This document shows positions 59,019 to 64,000 of a DNA stretch of 64,000 bases, one piece after another. The position numbers were made by a program, and so were the translations under genes. This stretch comes from a virus: the IMG/VR virus record IMGVR_UViG_2895663684_000002; one strand, 5' to 3'. The notes under the pieces are model-generated. The model saw only the letters and a list, made by a program, of their open reading frames with translations. It was not told where the DNA came from and did no database searches. The first letter of the stretch is position 1, and the number at the start of each line of letters is the position of its first letter.

Positions 59019-59942
59019 TCAAATTTCCATATTATTTTTAACTGTAATTTTTACAAAACCTTTTTTATTTGAAACTTTTGTATAAGAATCGTAAACATCT
59101 GGTTTTTCTTTTTTTAATCTGGAACTATCAATTGTTCTTGATGTTGTAGGTAGTACACGAGTAATTGATAGTAAATCCGTTTCAAACTTCTTGATATCGT
59201 TCTCTTCCATTTTTGTGTACAATTCTTGTTTTAATATCTTTTGTTGCGCTTCAATATGCTTGGCTTGTTCTTTGATATTGACAATCTTCATTTCAAAACG
59301 TTCAACCCTTTTGGCCAATTTCTCCATATCGTTTCCGTACGTATAAAATTCAGTTTCATTCATTTTAGGATTATCTTTTATAGCTTGTACTCGAATCCAA
59401 AATGTTTCTATAGAATCTAGTATTTTTTGAATGTAATCATCGTCTCGTTCAATTTCTTTTATTTGTAAATTTTCACGATCAAATTCTAAATCAAAATCAC
59501 TAGGTCTTTTATACATCGCAAGCCAACCGACCTCTATATTCATTTGTTTCATATAAAGTTGCATTTGCGCTTCATAAACTTTAATAGTAGGAGATGCGCC
59601 ATGTGTTTTGATTTCTAGCAACAATCCTGTATCTTCATCGTAGCCATCAACATTAGATCGTATCCAATTTTCTTCATCAACAAATGTTTCTGGTCTAAAA
59701 TGTAGACTGTTAACAGTATTGATGTATTCTCTAATCATTGGCTCCATCTTATTACCATAATTTATATATGGGTTCGATTGAAAATCTGATTTTACTATTT
59801 CAGCTTTTTCTTTAGCTAGCTCATATTGTGTTTTATACTTGGATAATCCTAAAATAACTGGCACATCTGAACCACCTACATATACATTACGATTCTCTGT
59901 TACATTTGGATCAACCTTTTCTACTCCGAATAAATTACTCAT
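59019..59942 (-). CDS. YqaJ-like exonuclease (copy 2)
   Basis: Identical to 25660..26583. Confidence 0.9.
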   Translation of the reverse strand: MSNLFGVEKVDPNVTENRNVYVGGSDVPVILGLSKYKTQYELAKEKAEIVKSDFQSNPYINYGNKMEPMIREYINTVNSLHFRPETFVDEENWIRSNVDGYDEDTGLLLEIKTHGASPTIKVYEAQMQLYMKQMNIEVGWLAMYKRPSDFDLEFDRENLQIKEIERDDDYIQKILDSIETFWIRVQAIKDNPKMNETEFYTYGNDMEKLAKRVERFEMKIVNIKEQAKHIEAQQKILKQELYTKMEENDIKKFETDLLSITRVLPTTSRTIDSSRLKKEKPDVYDSYTKVSNKKGFVKITVKNNMEI

Positions 59943-60196
59943 AAGCTTTCACCAACTTTTTCAACTTCATCTATGCTGACAACTACCCTATCTCTGTTGT
60001 CTAGTTCTACTACAACACTGCAGTTTAAAACTTTGAATACTTTAGCTTTGAACATACTTCCATTTTTTTTAGAACAAGTGACAATATCCCCACTTTCTAA
60101 GTCTGTATCTATTTTAATTCTCGGCTTCTTTGAATTAGTAATGGACGGTTGCGTGTTCACTACTGCAGATTCAAATTGTTTTGGCATTGAAACCAC
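59939..60196 (-). CDS. Hypothetical protein (copy 2)
   Basis: Identical to 26580..26837. Confidence 0.55.
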   Translation of the reverse strand: MVSMPKQFESAVVNTQPSITNSKKPRIKIDTDLESGDIVTCSKKNGSMFKAKVFKVLNCSVVVELDNRDRVVVSIDEVEKVGESL

Positions 60197-60203
60197 CTAC
60201 CTT

Positions 60204-61544
60204 TTACATTTTAGTTTTCATATACAAGTTTTCAGAAAAATCTTCTTTGTTCTCTAATGCTTGATATATGGCTTGTTCAATTGTATTTTTTGTGATAAAC
60301 CGATACATGGTGACTTTTCTAGTTTGGCCATTACGATATGCTCGGCCCATTGCCTGTGAATAATCTTGATAACTATAAGTTGGTGTATAAAAAACGACTT
60401 CATTAGCGTATTGCAACTCTATTCCAGCACTACCAGCCATATATTGAATGAGTGTTACCGTATTTTTTAACTGTGCCCAACTCTCTTTTTTAGGCAGTGA
60501 ACTAACATGGCCATTTACTTCAAATATTTTTTTGTTTTTAATTACTGTTTTTAGTGCTTCAAGTTCTGACTGATAATAATAAAAGATGACAATATTATTT
60601 TTAGTCCCCTCACAAAGCATTGAAATGTAATCAAGTTTATCTTTAACGTTTGCATACTGACGTAACCCATGTGCTAATTTAGGAGCTGTATCATAATCAA
60701 TTTCATTAAATACTCGGTCTTTTAAAATCCTTGCATATTCAACTGATTTCTTGAATGGTACATCTTTAATAATTAATGGTGGTAAGTCCAACGCTTCATT
60801 CTTATTAATTGAAACGGTAAATGAATTGTAATAAGATTCTAAAATATCCTCATTTTTCCAACCGCTGATTTTAGGAATATTCCGAGTGCCTAAATACATG
60901 GTTCCCCATTCTGCAAATTCATTTGTCATTTCTTTTTTATTTTTGAAATATCCAAAAGCAATCATATAAGTGAAGGTGTCTTCCCATCCGTTGCTTGCTG
61001 GTGTAGCAGTCAATAAACAAAAATTAGTTGCATAGCTCATAATTTTTAATGCGGCTTTACCTCGTTCACTAGTTGGGTTCTTGATATAATGAGCTTCATC
61101 AAAAATAATATGCCAACCTTTGTATCGATCTAGTGATTTATTAATTTCTCTTTTTCCATTACGTGTTCGGCCATTAAATAGTTTTCCATAACTCAATTGT
61201 TCAAATTCAATAGAAACACCATAATAATCACAAAACATTTGTATATCTCTTTCCCATCCACCTTCATTTATTTTTTGAGGTGGCGCTACAATGAGTAGTG
61301 GTTCTCCATCAGACCACTTTGCATAATGATGGATTGCTGTTAAGGTTTTGCCTGTTCCTGTATCCATCGCTAATAAATAAGAAGGGTCTATTTCATCAAG
61401 AATTTTCTTCTGAAATTTATATAACATTGTTGGATTTGAGCATTGAGGAAACATCTTCCACACTTCTTGCAACAAAAGCAATCCCTCCTGCCTTGTTGAT
61501 TTTTTTAATTTTACTTTTTTGAAGTTCGGAAACAACACCGCCAT
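60204..61544 (-). CDS. SNF2-like helicase (copy 2)
   Basis: Identical to 26845..28185. Confidence 0.9.
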   Translation of the reverse strand: MAVLFPNFKKVKLKKSTRQEGLLLLQEVWKMFPQCSNPTMLYKFQKKILDEIDPSYLLAMDTGTGKTLTAIHHYAKWSDGEPLLIVAPPQKINEGGWERDIQMFCDYYGVSIEFEQLSYGKLFNGRTRNGKREINKSLDRYKGWHIIFDEAHYIKNPTSERGKAALKIMSYATNFCLLTATPASNGWEDTFTYMIAFGYFKNKKEMTNEFAEWGTMYLGTRNIPKISGWKNEDILESYYNSFTVSINKNEALDLPPLIIKDVPFKKSVEYARILKDRVFNEIDYDTAPKLAHGLRQYANVKDKLDYISMLCEGTKNNIVIFYYYQSELEALKTVIKNKKIFEVNGHVSSLPKKESWAQLKNTVTLIQYMAGSAGIELQYANEVVFYTPTYSYQDYSQAMGRAYRNGQTRKVTMYRFITKNTIEQAIYQALENKEDFSENLYMKTKM

Positions 61545-61710
61545 TGGGTCTTTTAACTTCTACCGCAATAAATCTTCCGTTAACACAAGCTAGAATATCT
61601 GGCGTACCAGACGGTTGATAAGCTGAACCATGAACTTTTAAATAATAAGCTCCAATTGAATCCAAGTATTTTTTTATTTTTTGTTCAACTAGTTTTTCTG
61701 AACCAGCCAT
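61417..61710 (-). CDS. VRR-NUC nuclease (copy 2)
   Basis: Identical to 28058..28351. Confidence 0.9.
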   Translation of the reverse strand: MAGSEKLVEQKIKKYLDSIGAYYLKVHGSAYQPSGTPDILACVNGRFIAVEVKRPNGGVVSELQKSKIKKINKAGGIAFVARSVEDVSSMLKSNNVI

Positions 61711-62304
61711 TTATTCTTCATTCACTTTAATTTGTTTAAAGAAGCTTGTTTTAAATGGCATAGCTGAAATTTCTGATTGTGTGAATTTAGATTGAAAAGC
61801 TTGTATTTCAAATTTATCATCTAGAGAATATTTTTTTAATTCTTTATCATAATTTAAATAAACAGAATACATTTCAAAAGAGTCTGGTGCTTTTAAATAA
61901 AATTGCTCTTCTTTAGGAAGCTTGATAGTCCAAAGTTCTCTAAAAGCTAAATTCATATTAAATCTAATGCAAGCATTACCATGTTGATCAATTAAGTTAT
62001 TTCCGTTTGTTCCTTTTCCTACTATTAAATAATCAAATACGTTATGTGGTGCTACTTTAGTTCCCACTGGTAACTTATCACTTTCTACCATTGCTACAAT
62101 CTCACTAAATTTATAATGTTTCGATTCATCAATTTTTGTCATTTTTTCTAACTCCTCTAAATAATATTTCATCATGTTTGAAAACATTGTTTTTCCTTGA
62201 TTTCTTGGCATTACCATATAGGCACGATCAGTAGGCAACTTCGTACATCTACGTACAATATCTTGCCACTGTTCGTCATTATAAAATGCGTTAGGATTAA
62301 ACAT
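61711..62304 (-). CDS. Hypothetical protein (copy 2)
   Basis: Identical to 28352..28945. Confidence 0.6.
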   Translation of the reverse strand: MFNPNAFYNDEQWQDIVRRCTKLPTDRAYMVMPRNQGKTMFSNMMKYYLEELEKMTKIDESKHYKFSEIVAMVESDKLPVGTKVAPHNVFDYLIVGKGTNGNNLIDQHGNACIRFNMNLAFRELWTIKLPKEEQFYLKAPDSFEMYSVYLNYDKELKKYSLDDKFEIQAFQSKFTQSEISAMPFKTSFFKQIKVNEE

Positions 62305-62381
62305 TATTTACTCACTCCCATTTTCTGTGGTATACTTTATTCAAATAATTTTTACTAACTGACTGACTAGGGCTGGTATCC

Positions 62382-62657
62382 TTAGTTGGTCTTTTTTATA
62401 TCTAAATGCCAATAATTAGATTCAAAGAATATTTGCTTAAATCCATTCATACAATATGATTCTTTTATCTTTTCTTTTAATTTTCTTTTTTCAGCCATAG
62501 CACTATTGGATCCACCAACGTTTCCAAATCGTTTTAGAAATCTGATTTTAAACTCAGAATAGTTATCCGCTGTAAATGATAATATAGTCGGTGCGTTTAA
62601 CAGTCGGCTACCTGCTGTAATTTTTAACGTGTACATATTTTCTTCACCTCCCTTCAT
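62382..62657 (-). CDS. Hypothetical early protein (copy 2)
   Basis: Identical to 29023..29298. Confidence 0.6.
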   Translation of the reverse strand: MKGGEENMYTLKITAGSRLLNAPTILSFTADNYSEFKIRFLKRFGNVGGSNSAMAEKRKLKEKIKESYCMNGFKQIFFESNYWHLDIKKTN

Positions 62658-62818
62658 AATTCTTCAATCCGATTCATTAAGTCTTGATGCATCATGCTTG
62701 CGTAACTATCTTCTGGATAAGCTGTAGATAAATCGTTTGCTATTAATTCCAAACGTTTCTTATTTGCTCTTGCTTCATTGATACGTTTCTTAAAAGTGCT
62801 GATATCACTCACTGTCAT
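62654..62818 (-). CDS. Small early protein (copy 2)
   Basis: Matches 29295..29459. Confidence 0.6.
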   Translation of the reverse strand: MTVSDISTFKKRINEARANKKRLELIANDLSTAYPEDSYASMMHQDLMNRIEEL

Positions 62819-62862
62819 TGGTCATTCCCTCTTTCTTAATTAATACCGCCCAGTATTATTTT

Positions 62863-63156
62863 TTAATTCCATTCAGAAATTACTTTAATAATTTCGTCTC
62901 TTAAATATCGTTTCTCTTTACCGAATGATAATTCAGTCAACCAGTAAGGTTTGCGACCATTAGGACGTACTCTCTTAAATGGTTTGATTCGTGTATCATC
63001 CAAAATATTATCTTCCAAATACTGTTCATCCATATCCGTCATCTTACAAAGGGTTTCTTTATTCACTGAAATGTAATCAATTGGATCAAGTAATTCTTTA
63101 ATCGTATCTTGAATGACTGATTTTATTTCTTTCTCGTTTGCTGTGACTTGAAACAT
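62863..63156 (-). CDS. Excisionase-like protein (copy 2)
   Basis: Identical to 29504..29797. Confidence 0.55.
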   Translation of the reverse strand: MFQVTANEKEIKSVIQDTIKELLDPIDYISVNKETLCKMTDMDEQYLEDNILDDTRIKPFKRVRPNGRKPYWLTELSFGKEKRYLRDEIIKVISEWN

Positions 63157-63173
63157 TGTTAATCACCTCCACA

Positions 63174-63365
63174 TCATCTTATTTTGTAATACTCAATAAG
63201 TGCTGTTAGTGTTTCATGAGCTTTCTTACTTTGATTCTTTCCTGTTAGATAATCATTTAAGTCTTGTTTATTAACATTGAAATAAGTAGCTACACTGATA
63301 AGTGAAATCCCCTTATTATCAAAATAATTACGAATCTTCTCTCTCGCTGTACTTGTATCTGGCAC
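63174..63365 (-). CDS. Cro-like regulator (copy 2)
   Basis: Identical to 29815..30006. Confidence 0.75.
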   Translation of the reverse strand: MPDTSTAREKIRNYFDNKGISLISVATYFNVNKQDLNDYLTGKNQSKKAHETLTALIEYYKIR

Positions 63366-63641
63366 AATTAAGACCTCCTTTTTTATAATTTGTAAGTTAA
63401 TTTAATAGAATTCAACAATTTTGTTGACTTGAATTATAAAATACGATACTATTAATACATAGTTAATAAGCCTAATGCATTAACCTTTTAATTACGTTGG
63501 GGAACGTTTTAAGGTCTATTTAGTCGCTTTTTTTCTATCAAATTAACTTACACGATTAGTATATTATAAAATAAGATACTTGTAAAGTGTTTTGTTGTAA
63601 AATACGATACTTATTTTGTAAGATATTAGGAGAATGCTGAT
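63366..63641. promoter_or_regulatory. Genetic switch region (copy 2)
   Basis: Matches 30007..30282. Confidence 0.7.
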
Positions 63642-63956
63642 ATGTCGCTGTTAGAACGAGTAAAATTTTTAGCTAATAAACAAAAAATATCTCTAAAAGA
63701 ACTAGCTTTAAAATTAGGAATGGGTGAAAGTGCAATTTACAAATGGGACAAAAGTGCTCCTTCAACTGACAATCTAAAAAAAGTTGCTGATTACTTTGGA
63801 GTTTCTACTGACTACTTGTTAGGCAGAGACGAACCAGAAATAATTGAGGATGAAAAATTAAAAGTTATTGCATCGCATATAGATGATGATGTGACTGAAG
63901 ATGATATGGAAGAAATATTAAACTTTATTGAATTTATTAAAAGTAAAAATAAGTAG
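63642..63956 (+). CDS. CI-like repressor (copy 2)
   Basis: Identical to 30283..30597. Confidence 0.9.
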   Translation: MSLLERVKFLANKQKISLKELALKLGMGESAIYKWDKSAPSTDNLKKVADYFGVSTDYLLGRDEPEIIEDEKLKVIASHIDDDVTEDDMEEILNFIEFIKSKNK

Positions 63957-63958
63957 GT

Positions 63959-64000
63959 GTGTGGATGAATCGATTAGAAAAAATAGTAGATGATAATCAA
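63959..64000 (+). CDS. ImmA-like protease, 5' fragment cut by window end
   Basis: Matches the start of 30600..31067. Confidence 0.8.
   Translation, partial: MWMNRLEKIVDDNQ

Larger units (their letters stand above)
1..64000. repeat. Head-to-tail tandem duplication of a 33,359-bp phage genome (~1.92 copies)
   Basis: Position 1 (CCATTTGAATTAACAAG) recurs at 33360. All ORFs recur at a constant +33,359 offset with identical translations. Confidence 0.98.
33360..64000. mobile_element. Temperate siphophage genome, unit copy 2 (truncated at window end inside immA-like gene)
   Basis: Matches copy 1 at +33,359. Confidence 0.95.

Overview
The whole window is one ~33,359-bp temperate siphophage genome from a low-GC Firmicute (gene content suggests an Enterococcaceae/Lactobacillales host; inference), present as a head-to-tail tandem of ~1.92 copies. 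Position n matches n+33,359; every ORF recurs at that offset with an identical translation. There is no host DNA: the integrase runs through an attP-like region directly into the lysin, so this is the excised/circular or concatemeric form, or an assembly duplication. The minus strand carries: Cro-like and Xis-like genes; a replication/recombination module (VRR-NUC, SNF2-like helicase, YqaJ exonuclease, AAA_24 NTPase, DUF669 SSB-like, a PolB-like polymerase with degenerate motifs, YopX, P4-type primase-helicase followed by an iteron-rich origin); a RinA/ArpU-like late activator; HNH-terS-terL cos-type packaging; an HK97-type head; a long non-contractile tail (MTP, frameshifted chaperone, TMP, Dit, Tal with lysozyme and M23 domains, BppU/RBP); and holin plus GH73-LysM endolysin. 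The plus strand carries the lysogeny module: short Xre repressor, ImmA-like protease, a membrane-anchored protein and a tyrosine integrase. The most unusual signals are non-coding. (i) Two hairpins have exactly complementary loops, one just after the xis-like gene and one occluding the integrase RBS, suggesting RNA-RNA coupling of excision genes. (ii) A three-promoter/three-operator switch contains a structured antisense RNA candidate. (iii) There is an OOP-like antisense sRNA candidate. (iv) A repeat-flanked antisense promoter lies between terL and portal. A complete promoter-gene-terminator moron also sits between terS and terL. No CRISPR array, tRNA, rRNA, reverse transcriptase or IS element was seen. 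All family assignments come from motif recognition and synteny, not from database searches.
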